From: a bacterium
GTDB taxonomy: Bacteria > Verrucomicrobiota > Kiritimatiellia > RFP12 > UBA1067
Assembly: GCA_025360845.1 (NCBI GenBank)
Contig: JANYBJ010000015.1
Coordinates: 2,360-66,359 of the forward strand
Length of the DNA: 64,000 nucleotides
Reading direction: 5' to 3'
The position numbers and the translations under genes were made by a program. The notes below the pieces were generated by a model that was not told the origin of the DNA, ran no database searches, and saw only the letters and a list, made by a program, of their open reading frames with translations. This document shows positions 17,889 to 27,606 of this stretch, piece after piece (the first letter of the stretch is position 1; each line of letters starts with the position of its first letter).

Positions 17889-20800
17889 GTCGGCTTTTCC
17901 ACCATCCGTCGGATTTCGGGTCCTTGCTGTCGGGCTCCTCATTCTCGTCTGTCACCGCCTCGGACGACAGACTCAGAATCTCCCGAAGCTCCGCATTTGA
18001 AAGCTCCGTCAAGAACGTCTCGCCGCTGGTGACGATCTCGGACGCAAGCTGGGTTTTTCTCTCGATCATCGCGTCGATCCGGTCTTCCAGCGTGCCGCCG
18101 CAAATGAATTTATGCACCATCACGTTCTTTGTCTGGCCGATGCGGAACGCGCGGTCCGTGGCCTGGTTCTCGACCGCCGGATTCCACCACCGGTCATAGT
18201 GGAACACATGGCTGGCGCGGGTCAGATTCAAGCCTGTGCCGCCTGCCTTCAGCGAGAGGATGAACGCAAGCGGTTGCGTGGACTCCTGGAACTCCTGCAC
18301 CAGCCGGTCGCGCTCTTTGCGCGGAACCCCGCCGTGCAGGAACGGCATGTCGCACGCGAAGGCCTGGCACAGGTGGCGCTTCAACAAGGTCCCCATCGCG
18401 GCGTACTGTGTGAAGACCAGCGCGCTCTCGCCGCGAGCGAAGGTCTCTTCGAGCATCTCTTCCAGACGGGCGAGTTTGCCGGACCGCTTGGACAGCCGCT
18501 GCGTTTGGCTGAGATAGTGTGCGGGATGGTTGCAGACCTGCTTGAGACGCGTCAGCACCGCCAGGATCAGGCCGCGCCGCGAGAGGCCCTCGCAAAGCTC
18601 CACTTCGCGGTTGAACTCGGCCAGCACCTCCTCATAGAGCTTCGCCTGTTCGAGCGTGAGCGGACAGAACACTTTGCCCTCCACCTTTTCCGGCAGATCC
18701 GCGATGATCTGCTTATCGGTTTTCAGGCGGCGCAGGATAAAGGGCGTGGTGACGCGCCTCAGCCGCGAGCGTGCTCCGGGGTCGGTCCCCGACTGAATCG
18801 GGCGGAAGAACTTATCGCGGAACACCGCCCTCTTGCCTAACATGCCGGGATTGAGAAAATCCATGATCGACCAAATGTCGCCGACATGGTTCTCCATCGG
18901 CGTGCCGGTGAGCGCGATCCGGTAATCGGCCTGCAAGGCGCGGGCGGCCTGGGCCTGATGGGTGTCGGGATTCTTGATGTTTTGCGCCTCGTCGAGCAGG
19001 ATGCCCGCCCAGGTCACCTTGCGCAAATTAACATAATCGCGATAGAGCAGGTGATAACTGGTGATCACTACGTCGACCTGTTTCGCCTCGCGTGTGAACG
19101 AGTCCCCAAGCCACCGCTCGGGACCGTGATGCAGCAGGCATCGCAGGTTCGGAGAGAAACGCTGGGCTTCGCGCAGCCAGTTGCCCAGGACCGACATCGG
19201 CCCGACCAATAAAACCGGACGCTTCTCGCCGCGCGCCTTCTCGTGCAACAGAAACGCCAGCGCCTGGATCGTTTTGCCGAGTCCCATGTCATCCGCAAGG
19301 CAGGCGCCGAAGCCCCACGCCCGTAAAAAGACCAGCCAACTGAAACCGCGCACCTGATAGGGACGCAACTCCCCGCAGAAATGCTCCGGCGTCTGCAGCA
19401 CCTCGAAAGGCTGTTCGCCGCACAGCCGCTTGAGAAACGGGTCCAGCCACCCGCCGCCCCGCACCTGCGTCACATCCAGGCCGTAATGCCCGCCTCCCGC
19501 TCCGAGCGCCAGCCGCACCACATCGAGCGCCGAGTGCGTGTCGACGGTCTTGCGCTGCCACACGCGCAGCGCGTCCTGAATCTGCCGCATGTCCACCTGA
19601 ATCCACTGTCCGCGAAAAAAGACCAGCGGCGACTGCGGCTTCAACAGAAGCTCCAGCTCCTCCGGCGTGATCTTCTCGCCGTTGAGCATCACCGACCATG
19701 TGACGTCCACTTTTTCTTCCAGGCTGTGGACACCCTCCGACGCCGACTGATGGGGCTGGACATCCGCCTCCAAGGAGAGGGCGTGTGTCGCGCCTGACCG
19801 CCACCACGGAGGCAGGCAGACGTTGTAACCCGAAGCCTCCAGCAAAGCGGCCGAGACCGTCAGAAAAGCATAGGCCTCCTGCGTGGTCAAGTGGCAGCTC
19901 AAGCCGCCGCAGGCGTGCGGTTCCGCACGCTCGAGCGGCGTATAGAGCATCGCCGCCTGTCCGAGCGAAAGCATCTGACGGGCACCGAGATCCGAGAACG
20001 CGCGCGCCGATCCTCCCTGCGCGAAACTCACTTGCAACGACCACGGCCCTTCGGGTTGTTCAGGGGCTTTCAAATGAAAAAGGATAGCCGCGTCGTCTGT
20101 CTTGCCGCTTTCAACAGGAAGCCTCCAGCGCTTCAGATTTTTGCGCAACGCCTCCAGCTCACTCGGAGCCTCCCAGCGAACCCCCCTTGTCTCGCCGCGT
20201 AACGCCGAGAACCACGCATCATGGGCGCTGTAATGCTTGCCGTGCTCCGCATGGGCGCGCGAGAGCGTCGTCACCACGCTGAACCGCACAAGTCGGTCGA
20301 CCGTCTCTTCCAAGAACAAACGGACGACGCCGAGCCGGTCCCGTCCGTCTGCGGCAGACGGCGGCACGCGTGCGGCCAGACTCCGTACGCGAGGCTTTTC
20401 CGCGCCGTCGATGACAGGATGCCAGCACGCCTCGTACGCGCTCTCCGACACCTTGCGGAGGTCCGGAAGAAAACAGCCACGCGCCACCAGCGCTCCCGCA
20501 TAACGGAACAGCCCGGAGAAGGCGAGCAGGTCTTCGCCGGCGAACACCCCGTCCGCCAGACGCTTTTCCTGACAGCGTCCCAGCAGCGCAAAGGCCGTTC
20601 TCCACGCGAGTTCGACCCCTGTCATCCGCCACGGATGAAGGAATACGGAATGTTCTTCTCTCCCCCCCGCTTCGAAAAGGAAGGGATGTGACGAAAGCGG
20701 CCTGAGGCCTCGGCTATCCTTGCTTGTCGGCAACAGCATCGTAACCGGCACAACCAGTTGTCCGCTCTCCTCTCCCCAGAGGAGCGCTTTCAGGATGGCG

Positions 20801-20943
20801 AGAAGATCACTTTTTCCGACACCAAAGGGCGATTCGTCTGCGCGCTCCTCCGCACCTTTCGGGTGGAGGTCCGTTGCCGAAGCCTCCTGTTCGCCCCAAA
20901 CGCAGAGTCTGCCGTTGCGCCAACATGTGTGCAGAATAGTCAT
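17881..20943 (-). CDS. SNF2/RapA-family DNA-dependent ATPase/helicase with long N-terminal SNF2-associated region
   Basis: 'LADDMGLGKTIQALAF' (motif I), 'LLDEAQNIKNP' (motif II DExx), 'ALTGTPMENHVGDIWS', C-terminal helicase domain 'LKAGGTGLNLTRASHVFHYDRWWNPAVENQATDRAFRIGQ'; start set at ATG 20943 ('MTILH') just downstream of TATAAT at 20956-20961(-); ORF extends to 20985. Confidence 0.8.
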   Translation of the reverse strand: MTILHTCWRNGRLCVWGEQEASATDLHPKGAEERADESPFGVGKSDLLAILKALLWGEESGQLVVPVTMLLPTSKDSRGLRPLSSHPFLFEAGGREEHSVFLHPWRMTGVELAWRTAFALLGRCQEKRLADGVFAGEDLLAFSGLFRYAGALVARGCFLPDLRKVSESAYEACWHPVIDGAEKPRVRSLAARVPPSAADGRDRLGVVRLFLEETVDRLVRFSVVTTLSRAHAEHGKHYSAHDAWFSALRGETRGVRWEAPSELEALRKNLKRWRLPVESGKTDDAAILFHLKAPEQPEGPWSLQVSFAQGGSARAFSDLGARQMLSLGQAAMLYTPLERAEPHACGGLSCHLTTQEAYAFLTVSAALLEASGYNVCLPPWWRSGATHALSLEADVQPHQSASEGVHSLEEKVDVTWSVMLNGEKITPEELELLLKPQSPLVFFRGQWIQVDMRQIQDALRVWQRKTVDTHSALDVVRLALGAGGGHYGLDVTQVRGGGWLDPFLKRLCGEQPFEVLQTPEHFCGELRPYQVRGFSWLVFLRAWGFGACLADDMGLGKTIQALAFLLHEKARGEKRPVLLVGPMSVLGNWLREAQRFSPNLRCLLHHGPERWLGDSFTREAKQVDVVITSYHLLYRDYVNLRKVTWAGILLDEAQNIKNPDTHQAQAARALQADYRIALTGTPMENHVGDIWSIMDFLNPGMLGKRAVFRDKFFRPIQSGTDPGARSRLRRVTTPFILRRLKTDKQIIADLPEKVEGKVFCPLTLEQAKLYEEVLAEFNREVELCEGLSRRGLILAVLTRLKQVCNHPAHYLSQTQRLSKRSGKLARLEEMLEETFARGESALVFTQYAAMGTLLKRHLCQAFACDMPFLHGGVPRKERDRLVQEFQESTQPLAFILSLKAGGTGLNLTRASHVFHYDRWWNPAVENQATDRAFRIGQTKNVMVHKFICGGTLEDRIDAMIERKTQLASEIVTSGETFLTELSNAELREILSLSSEAVTDENEEPDSKDPKSDGWWKSRHG

Positions 20944-21005
20944 CGCCAAACGCGCATTATACCGCGTGGCTTCGGTTTGAAACAACCGTTAAGCGCAGAC
21001 GGAAA

Positions 21006-21033
21006 CAAAAAAACGGGGTCGAGCCCCGTTTTC
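21006..21033 (-). terminator. Rho-independent terminator of the Spy/CpxP-like gene
   Basis: 'aaaaaaacggggtcgagccccgttttc': GC stem ACGGGG/CCCCGT flanked by A-run and T-run; reads as stem+U-tract on minus strand. Confidence 0.55.
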
Positions 21034-21063
21034 ATTCGTTCTGCTCCCCCCTGCTCCTTACGC

Positions 21064-21609
21064 TCACTTGTTCGCGGAGGGACGGTTCGTCTGTGACGCG
21101 CTGCGTTCCCGCTCTTCGCGGTCGAGCCGCGCCGCGCGATCCTCGAGTCGTTTTTTTCCTTCGGCACTGAGTATCTCCGAAGCCTTTTCCCGCTGGGCCG
21201 CGGTCAGGTTGTCGCGAATCACGATCAATCGTTGCGTGGCCAGTTTGGCCTGTTCGGTGCGGTACTGTCCAATACGCTCGATAATCTTCATGATCTCATC
21301 CACGTTGGCACCGGGCTCGGACAGGACCTTCTTGGCGATCTCAGCCTGCTCCAACGCAGCCTTGTTGATATCCTCCTCAAGTTTGCTCGCCTTCGTGTCG
21401 AGCGCATCGAATTCGGCCTTCAGTTTAGCCGCCTGTTCTCCCTGGATGCCGACTTTGTCCATGAACTCTTTGGTCAGCACATGTTTCCCCACCCAATTCC
21501 CGCGATTCAGGGAGCGTGACATGCGTGGCTGCTCATGCGTGCTCTGCGGCGGCTGCCCAAAGGCGGCGGCTGCCAAAACGACGAGACCTATAATAAAACG
21601 GCTTGTCAT
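21064..21609 (-). CDS. Periplasmic Spy/CpxP-family (LTxxQ) protein
   Basis: ATG at 21609 then signal peptide 'FIIGLVVLAAAAFG'; coiled-coil-rich with 'LTAAQREKA' LTxxQ motif; lysine/glutamate-rich helices. Confidence 0.55.
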   Translation of the reverse strand: MTSRFIIGLVVLAAAAFGQPPQSTHEQPRMSRSLNRGNWVGKHVLTKEFMDKVGIQGEQAAKLKAEFDALDTKASKLEEDINKAALEQAEIAKKVLSEPGANVDEIMKIIERIGQYRTEQAKLATQRLIVIRDNLTAAQREKASEILSAEGKKRLEDRAARLDREERERSASQTNRPSANK

Positions 21610-21624
21610 ATTTCCACTCCTCAA

Positions 21625-22159
21625 AACGGGTCAGATGGCTGTGTATCTGAGGTTGGAAACGGTCCCGTGCCTTTTTTATTGCTCTCTGTTTATAATTTGC
21701 CCGCTTTTGATTTTTCAAGCTCCTCCTAGAGACCCGTGGCCCATTCAGCCCCTTTTTCAAAAGAAAGTACTCTGATACAGCACGCAGCGCTGGATCAAAA
21801 GGGATTAAACGGATCTCCGGGTGGCTCTTGACGCTTGAATTATAGTGTTATAACCATCTTATTATAAAATGATTACAACTTTTTTAATTTTTCACTTTAC
21901 AGATTTTCGCCACCTGTGTCCCTGTTAGCGTCTTGTTAACAACTTTTCACTCCGCTCTTTTTTCCCCTTTCAGCATGAGGGTTATTTTGGCGTAACTTCC
22001 TAAAACAAACGGGGTTAACACCCCCTATCCGGGCTGTTGATAACCTGTTCACCGATTGATAATTTTTTGCTCTTGTGCGGGAGAGGCAAATTATGGTTCA
22101 ACTGTATCACCGATTTTTAGGGTTTCTCTTTTTTATTTCACCTGTTTATTGTGAGTTTT
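21625..22159. promoter_or_regulatory. AT-rich dnaA-upstream spacer: candidate oriC / dnaA promoter region
   Basis: 535-bp spacer with a strongly AT-rich core (about 21830-21930) immediately upstream of dnaA-dnaN; degenerate DnaA-box-like 9-mers (e.g. 'TGTTGATAA' about 22036, 'GATTGATAA' about 22055); candidate -35 'TTGACG' at 21829. Confidence 0.4.
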
Positions 22160-23554
22160 ATGAATGCTCCCGAATTGTGGTCAAAAGCCTGCGAGCACCT
22201 GAAAGGTGTTCTCAACAGCGATGTGTACGCTCGTTGGATCGAGATTATCAAGCCGATCGCCATTCAAGACAGCCTCTTCGTTTTGAATGTGGATAACGAC
22301 TTTTGCCAGACTTGGCTGGAAGACAATTATCAAGGCTTCATTATCGATGCCCTGCGTTCAGCAGGCGCGCCGGTTGAGCTGGGTATCCGTTTCGTTGTTA
22401 AAACGTTCGATGCCTCGGCGGATCCATCGGCGGAGTCCGAGGCCCATCTCAAAAAAGAGGTGAAGCCCGCGCAAGCGGTCAAGCGGCGTCCCAAGTCGAA
22501 CGGAGCGAGCCATCAGAGTCCGCTCAATCCAAATTTCACCTTTGAGAATTTCGTCACGGGCCCTTCCAACAGTTTCGCGCATGCAGCCGCGCTGGGCGTA
22601 TCGCAGTCTCCGGGCCGTGCCTACAATCCTCTCTTCATTTACGGACAAACCGGTATCGGTAAAACCCACTTGATGCAAGCCGTGGGTCACCGCGTCTTGC
22701 AGTCGCCCGGCACAAGCGTGAGCTATGTTTCCTCTGAAACGCTGCTTAACGAATACGTGGAGGCTTTAAAGAACCGCACCACCATTGAATTTCGCAACAA
22801 GTACCGTAATATCGATGTGCTCTTGGTCGACGATATTCAGTTTCTCGCCGGAAAGAACAGCCTGCAAGAAGAGTTTTTCCACACGTTCAACGTGCTGTAC
22901 GACGCTCACAAGCAGATCATCATGACCAGTGATCTGCCGCCCCGTGAACTCTCGGGGCTCGAGCCTCGTTTGGTCTCCCGCTTCGAGTGGGGTCTCGTGA
23001 CCGAGATCGAATCGCCTGATTTCGAGACGCGCCTCGCTATTCTCCGCTATAAGCAGTCCTTCACCAAAGTTCAGTTGCCAGATGAACTGTTGACCTTCAT
23101 CGCAGACAATATCAAGTCTAACGTGCGTGGGCTGGAGGGAGCGCTGACCCGTGCCGTCTCCTTCGCCTCGCTCAACCATCAGATGACCCTGACGCTGGAT
23201 ATGCTGCGTAACCTGCTGAAGGATCAGTTGAACGATGAGCGGCAGAAGGATCTTTCGTTCGACGACATTCAGCGCATGGTCGCCGATTATTTCGATTTAC
23301 GCCTGACCGACATGTCGAGCAAACGACGACCGCGGTCGGTTTCCGCACCACGCCAGGTCGCCATGTTCTTATGCCGTAAACTCACCCGTTCGTCACTTCC
23401 GGAAATAGCCAACTCCTTTGGAAAGACCCATGCGACCGTGGTTCACGGTTGCAAAACGATCCAAGACCGTATCCAAGTGGAAACCGATTTGCGCGACGCC
23501 GTTCGTGAAATCACACGCAAGTTGGGGCGTGATCCCCAGTCTTTCCAAATCTGA
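22160..23554 (+). CDS. dnaA: Chromosomal replication initiator protein DnaA
   Basis: AAA+ Walker A 'GQTGIGKTHL', Walker B 'LLVDDIQF', sensor/box VII, C-terminal DNA-binding 'HTFNVL'-type helix and 'VAMFLCRKLT..SLPEIANSFG.THATVVHG' domain IV; ATG at 22160 (GTG at 22151 possible). Confidence 0.95.
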   Translation: MNAPELWSKACEHLKGVLNSDVYARWIEIIKPIAIQDSLFVLNVDNDFCQTWLEDNYQGFIIDALRSAGAPVELGIRFVVKTFDASADPSAESEAHLKKEVKPAQAVKRRPKSNGASHQSPLNPNFTFENFVTGPSNSFAHAAALGVSQSPGRAYNPLFIYGQTGIGKTHLMQAVGHRVLQSPGTSVSYVSSETLLNEYVEALKNRTTIEFRNKYRNIDVLLVDDIQFLAGKNSLQEEFFHTFNVLYDAHKQIIMTSDLPPRELSGLEPRLVSRFEWGLVTEIESPDFETRLAILRYKQSFTKVQLPDELLTFIADNIKSNVRGLEGALTRAVSFASLNHQMTLTLDMLRNLLKDQLNDERQKDLSFDDIQRMVADYFDLRLTDMSSKRRPRSVSAPRQVAMFLCRKLTRSSLPEIANSFGKTHATVVHGCKTIQDRIQVETDLRDAVREITRKLGRDPQSFQI

Positions 23555-23872
23555 TCCTCTTCAACAACCTGTAGGCAACCTTATGACAGCCCGTTCATGT
23601 TTTTTCAGTTTCACTCCGCTTGTCAACAGCGTCTCTCAAAGGGGAGGGAGTGATGGTCCTTCGTCTTCCGGTTATGAACATTCTTTTAAGGGATGTACTA
23701 AAACCACATCCCTCATGACAACAACAAGTTATGACGTTATCAACAGATTATTCAACCTCTATTATTACGACTAATCATACTTTACTTTAATAGCCGTAAT
23801 AGTCTAAACTATTCGCTTCACATGTGCGTGTGAGGCGGAACCAAACGAATCATTCACTGAGGAGTTGCGGAA
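23555..23872. promoter_or_regulatory. AT-rich dnaA-dnaN spacer with DnaA-box-like sites (alternative/second oriC component)
   Basis: 318-bp AT-rich spacer; 'TTATCAACA' (one mismatch to TTATCCACA) near 23734; RBS 'gaggag' before dnaN. Confidence 0.3.
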
Positions 23873-24967
23873 ATGAAGTTTTCCATCGTCCGGACAAAGT
23901 TTCTTGATGGCTTGCAGACGGTTCAAAACGTGGTGACCGCAAAAGGGTCATTGCAGATTCTCTCAAACGCATTGATCCATGCGGAAGGGAATAGGCTTTG
24001 CATTACAACGTCGGATCTCGATATTTCCGAACGGTGTTTCGTCGACTGCGAAGTGGAACAGCCAGGAAGCACGACTTTGCCGATCCGCAGGCTGGCCAGC
24101 ATCATCCGTGAGTTGGATGAAGGCAAGATTCTGGTCGAGGTTAACGACGATGACGTGGCCGTGGTTCAGAGCGGCTCCGCCTATTTCAAAATTGTGGGTT
24201 TGCCCACACGCGATTTTCCGCCTGTCCCCGCGGCTGAAGGAAAATACTGCTACAGGATCGATCAAGGGGCGTTCAGAGAGATGCTCAGAAAAACGTCCTA
24301 TGCGGTGTCGTTGGATGAGACGCGGCGGGTCCTGAACGGGGTCTTGTTGGCATTCAAAGACAACAAACTGACGATGGTGGCGACGGATGGACGACGTTTG
24401 GCGTTGGTTGAGCATGAGATCGATTTTCCGCCGGAAGCCGAAGTTGAAATGGTCCTTCCGACCAAAGCAGTCAGTGAACTCATGCGCATTCTCTGCAACG
24501 ACGGGGACCTGAAGATTTACGCGCAGAAGAACCAGGTTATTTTTGAATTGGGGACCACGACCCTAAGCAGTAAGTTGATCGATGGGGTCTATCCTAACTA
24601 CCGGCAGGTGATTCCCAGTTCTTGCGAAGAGCGTGTGGTGGTTGATCGAGAACTGCTGTTTTCAGCGCTGCGCCGTGTGTCAGTTGTGACGACCGATAAG
24701 TCGAATGCGACGCGCTTGACCTTCTCTGCTAACCAGTTGACGATATCGACAAATACGCCCGACGTGGGTGAGGGCCGCGATACGGTACCGGTGAAATACG
24801 TGGGTAAAGAGGTGTCGATCATCTTCAATCCCGAGTATGTCATGGATCCGTTGAAAAACATCGATGACGATGAGATATTTATTGAACTGAACGACGGACA
24901 CAGTCCGGCCTTGTTGAAGTGCAGTATCCCTTTCCTGTATGTGTTGATGCCGTTGAGGATCAGCTAG
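23873..24967 (+). CDS. dnaN: DNA polymerase III beta sliding clamp
   Basis: 364 aa; N-terminal 'MKFSIVRTKFLDGLQTVQNVV' typical DnaN start; three-domain length; directly downstream of dnaA. Confidence 0.9.
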   Translation: MKFSIVRTKFLDGLQTVQNVVTAKGSLQILSNALIHAEGNRLCITTSDLDISERCFVDCEVEQPGSTTLPIRRLASIIRELDEGKILVEVNDDDVAVVQSGSAYFKIVGLPTRDFPPVPAAEGKYCYRIDQGAFREMLRKTSYAVSLDETRRVLNGVLLAFKDNKLTMVATDGRRLALVEHEIDFPPEAEVEMVLPTKAVSELMRILCNDGDLKIYAQKNQVIFELGTTTLSSKLIDGVYPNYRQVIPSSCEERVVVDRELLFSALRRVSVVTTDKSNATRLTFSANQLTISTNTPDVGEGRDTVPVKYVGKEVSIIFNPEYVMDPLKNIDDDEIFIELNDGHSPALLKCSIPFLYVLMPLRIS

Positions 24968-25047
24968 CAAATAGACATAAAACGGGGTTGCTTTCGAAGG
25001 ACAAATTCCGATATTATGTCACTCCGATTTTGAGAGATCCCGGCTAA

Positions 25048-25121
25048 TGCCTCATGGTGTAACGGTAGCACAGCAGCCTCTGGAGCTGCTTGTTTAGGTT
25101 CGAATCCTAATGAGGCAACCA
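25048..25121 (+). tRNA. tRNA-Gln (anticodon CUG)
   Basis: Cloverleaf by eye: acceptor TGCCTCA/TGAGGCA + discriminator A + CCA; anticodon stem GCAGC/GCTGC with loop CTCTGGA (U33, anticodon CTG); T-arm 'GGTTCGAATCC'; U1:A72 is typical of bacterial tRNA-Gln. Confidence 0.85.
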
Positions 25122-25130
25122 TTATTGAAA

Positions 25131-25172
25131 ACCCGAAAACCCGATGAACACACGGTTTTTCGGGTTTGTTCT
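25131..25172 (+). terminator. Hairpin terminator downstream of tRNA-Gln
   Basis: 'aacccgaaaacccg...cggtttttcgggtt' 14-bp stem followed by 'tgttcttttt'. Confidence 0.5.
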
Positions 25173-25196
25173 TTTTAAGGTCAGGAGTTTCTGGAC

Positions 25197-27515
25197 ATGT
25201 CGCAAACGGTTGAGGCGCAGGATATGGGACTGGAATCCCTGCCCCGCTTGGTTGATGAACTGGGTATTACCCCGCGGCAGATCACGGCCGTCGCCCGCTT
25301 GTTGGCGGAAGGCAATACCATCCCGTTCATCGCGCGGTACCGCAAAGAAGTACACGGGGATCTGGATGAAGTTCAGATTTCCAAAATTCACGAGCGCCTC
25401 AGCTATTACAAGGAACTCGAAGAGCGGCGGTCGACCATTTTGAAGTCCATCGACGAGCAGGGAAAACTGACGGACGAGCTTAAAAACAAAATCCTTTCCT
25501 GTACCACGAAGACGACACTCGAAGACCTCTACCTCCCCTACAAACCCAAGCGCCGGACGCGGGCCATGATCGCGCGCGAAAAGGGGTTGGAGCCTTTGGC
25601 TGAGCTGATTCTTGCTCAAGGCCCAGCGCAGCCCGAAGCCGAGGCCGGCGCGTTTGTCAGCGAGGAAAAAGGTGTCGCTGATTCAGCGGCCGCCTTGGCC
25701 GGTGCGAGGGATATTGTGGCCGAGGTGATTGCTGAGAATGCGGACGTGCGCGGTCTGGTGCGGCAAGCCTTTATGGCCGACGGCATGGTCGTTTCCGAAG
25801 TGGTTGATCCCAAGCCGGCCGAACCGACCAAGTTCGAACAGTACTACGATTACAAAGAGAAGGTTTCGGCGATTCCCTCGCACCGCTTCCTGGCGATCCG
25901 GCGCGGCCAGACCGAAGGCGTTTTGCGCGTGCGGATGACCTGCGACTCCGCGCCTTTACTGCGGCGGATTGCGGAAATCTACGCGCTCAATGACAGGTCG
26001 CCTTTTGGAACGCAGTTGCGCGATGCGATCGAAGACGGGTACAAGCGGCTTCTGTCGCCGAGCGTCGAGATCGACGTGACCGTCGAGATGAAAATGAAAT
26101 CGGACCGTGCGGCCGTGGAAATCTTCGCTCAGAATCTGCGGAACCTGTTGCTTCAGGCCCCGCTCGGGGAACAGAAGATCATCGGCGTCGATCCCGGACT
26201 GCGGACCGGCTGCAAGTGTGTGGCGCTGGATGCGACCGGCAAGTTTTTGGAGACTTGCACCATCTACCCGTCTCAAGGCGAGCGAAAGGAAATCGAGGCG
26301 AAGGTCGACGTCTGCAAGCTGGTTTCCAAGTACCGCCCCTATGCCATCGCCATCGGCAATGGCACGGGCGGCCGCGAAACGGAAACCTTTATACGAGGCG
26401 TGTTCAAAGAGGCCAACGTGAAGGACGTCATTGTGATCTCGGTGAACGAGTCGGGGGCTTCGGTATACAGCGCTTCCGAAGTTGCCCGCGAGGAGTTTCC
26501 GGATTTGGATCTGACGATCCGCGGCGCGATCTCCATCGGGCGCCGTCTGCAGGATCCGTTGGCGGAATTGGTGAAGATCGATCCCAAAGCCATCGGTGTG
26601 GGACAATATCAGCACGATGTGCATCAGCCGTTGCTCGTCGATAAGCTCGACGAAGTCGTGGTGAGTTGCGTGAACCACGTGGGGGTCGAGCTGAATACCG
26701 CAAGCGCGCCGCTCTTGACGCGCGTGTCTGGCATCGGCGCGACCATGGCGAAGAAGATCGTCACGTACCGCAATGAGAACGGAGCGTTCAGCAGCCGCAA
26801 GCAGCTGTCGAAAGTGCCGGGGCTCGGTCCCAAGACTTTTGAACAAGCGGCCGGCTTTCTGCGTATTCGCGGCGGGCAGCATCCGCTCGACGCGTCCGCC
26901 GTGCATCCCGAGCGTTACGCGCTGGTGGAGCAGATGGCGGCTGACTTGGGAGTGGAGCTTTCCCAACTCCTTGGGAGCGGCGAGCGGGTCGATCAGCTTC
27001 CCCTCGCGAACTACGTTTCGGAGTCGGTCGGCTTGCCGACGCTGCGCGACATCGTAGCGGAACTCAAGAAGCCGGGACGCGATCCGCGGGCGACCTTTGA
27101 AAAGCCGGCTTTCCGCGACGATGTGACTGAGTTTGACCATGTGCGTGAAGGCATGGTTTTGGAAGGCGTCGTGACGAACGTGACGGCCTTCGGCGCGTTT
27201 GTGGACATCGGCGTGCATCAGGACGGGCTGGTCCATGTGTCGGAGCTCTCGGACCGCTTCATCCGCGATCCAGCCGAGGCGGTCAAGGCCGGTGATAAGC
27301 TGAAGGTGCGTGTGCTGAGCGTAGATAAAGCGCGGCGGCGTATCGCGCTCAGCGCGAAGATGCCAGCCGCAGCGGGGCCGCGGCTGGCGGCGGCTGGCGC
27401 GAAGCACGCGCCGCGTCCGGAGAGCCGCCCGTCGGGCGGCGGGCAGCAGCAGAGCCCGCGTGAGAGCCGTCCGCCGCGCTGCGGTTTCGCGGTGAACCCG
27501 TTCTCTGGGCTTTAG
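25197..27515 (+). CDS. tex: Transcription accessory protein Tex (YqgF/RuvC-like, HhH, S1 domains)
   Basis: 772 aa; N-terminal '[28 protein letters not shown]' is the hallmark Tex start; C-terminal S1 domain '[33 protein letters not shown]'; RBS 'aggag' at 25181. Confidence 0.9.
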   Translation: MSQTVEAQDMGLESLPRLVDELGITPRQITAVARLLAEGNTIPFIARYRKEVHGDLDEVQISKIHERLSYYKELEERRSTILKSIDEQGKLTDELKNKILSCTTKTTLEDLYLPYKPKRRTRAMIAREKGLEPLAELILAQGPAQPEAEAGAFVSEEKGVADSAAALAGARDIVAEVIAENADVRGLVRQAFMADGMVVSEVVDPKPAEPTKFEQYYDYKEKVSAIPSHRFLAIRRGQTEGVLRVRMTCDSAPLLRRIAEIYALNDRSPFGTQLRDAIEDGYKRLLSPSVEIDVTVEMKMKSDRAAVEIFAQNLRNLLLQAPLGEQKIIGVDPGLRTGCKCVALDATGKFLETCTIYPSQGERKEIEAKVDVCKLVSKYRPYAIAIGNGTGGRETETFIRGVFKEANVKDVIVISVNESGASVYSASEVAREEFPDLDLTIRGAISIGRRLQDPLAELVKIDPKAIGVGQYQHDVHQPLLVDKLDEVVVSCVNHVGVELNTASAPLLTRVSGIGATMAKKIVTYRNENGAFSSRKQLSKVPGLGPKTFEQAAGFLRIRGGQHPLDASAVHPERYALVEQMAADLGVELSQLLGSGERVDQLPLANYVSESVGLPTLRDIVAELKKPGRDPRATFEKPAFRDDVTEFDHVREGMVLEGVVTNVTAFGAFVDIGVHQDGLVHVSELSDRFIRDPAEAVKAGDKLKVRVLSVDKARRRIALSAKMPAAAGPRLAAAGAKHAPRPESRPSGGGQQQSPRESRPPRCGFAVNPFSGL

Positions 27516-27530
27516 GCGTGTACGAAAGGC

Positions 27531-27596
27531 GGTCGTTTCGGGGAAACGACCCTACCCCAAGGCGGACGCGGTAGGGACGGCTCCCCGAGCCGTCCG
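27531..27596. repeat. GC-rich REP-like palindromic element (GTAGGGACG family) between tex and mnmE
   Basis: Two adjacent hairpins 'GGTCGTTTCGGGGAAACGACC' and 'GTAGGGACGGCTCCCCGAGCCGTCC'; same building blocks as 12349 and 49960 copies; likely also acts as terminator. Confidence 0.65.
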
Positions 27597-27606
27597 TTTG
27601 GTTGCC

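Noticed and set aside
21625-22159. Calling a definite oriC with precise DnaA-box positions
   Set aside because: Only degenerate box variants are visible and GC-skew cannot be assessed from a 64-kb window. It is kept as a candidate region only.
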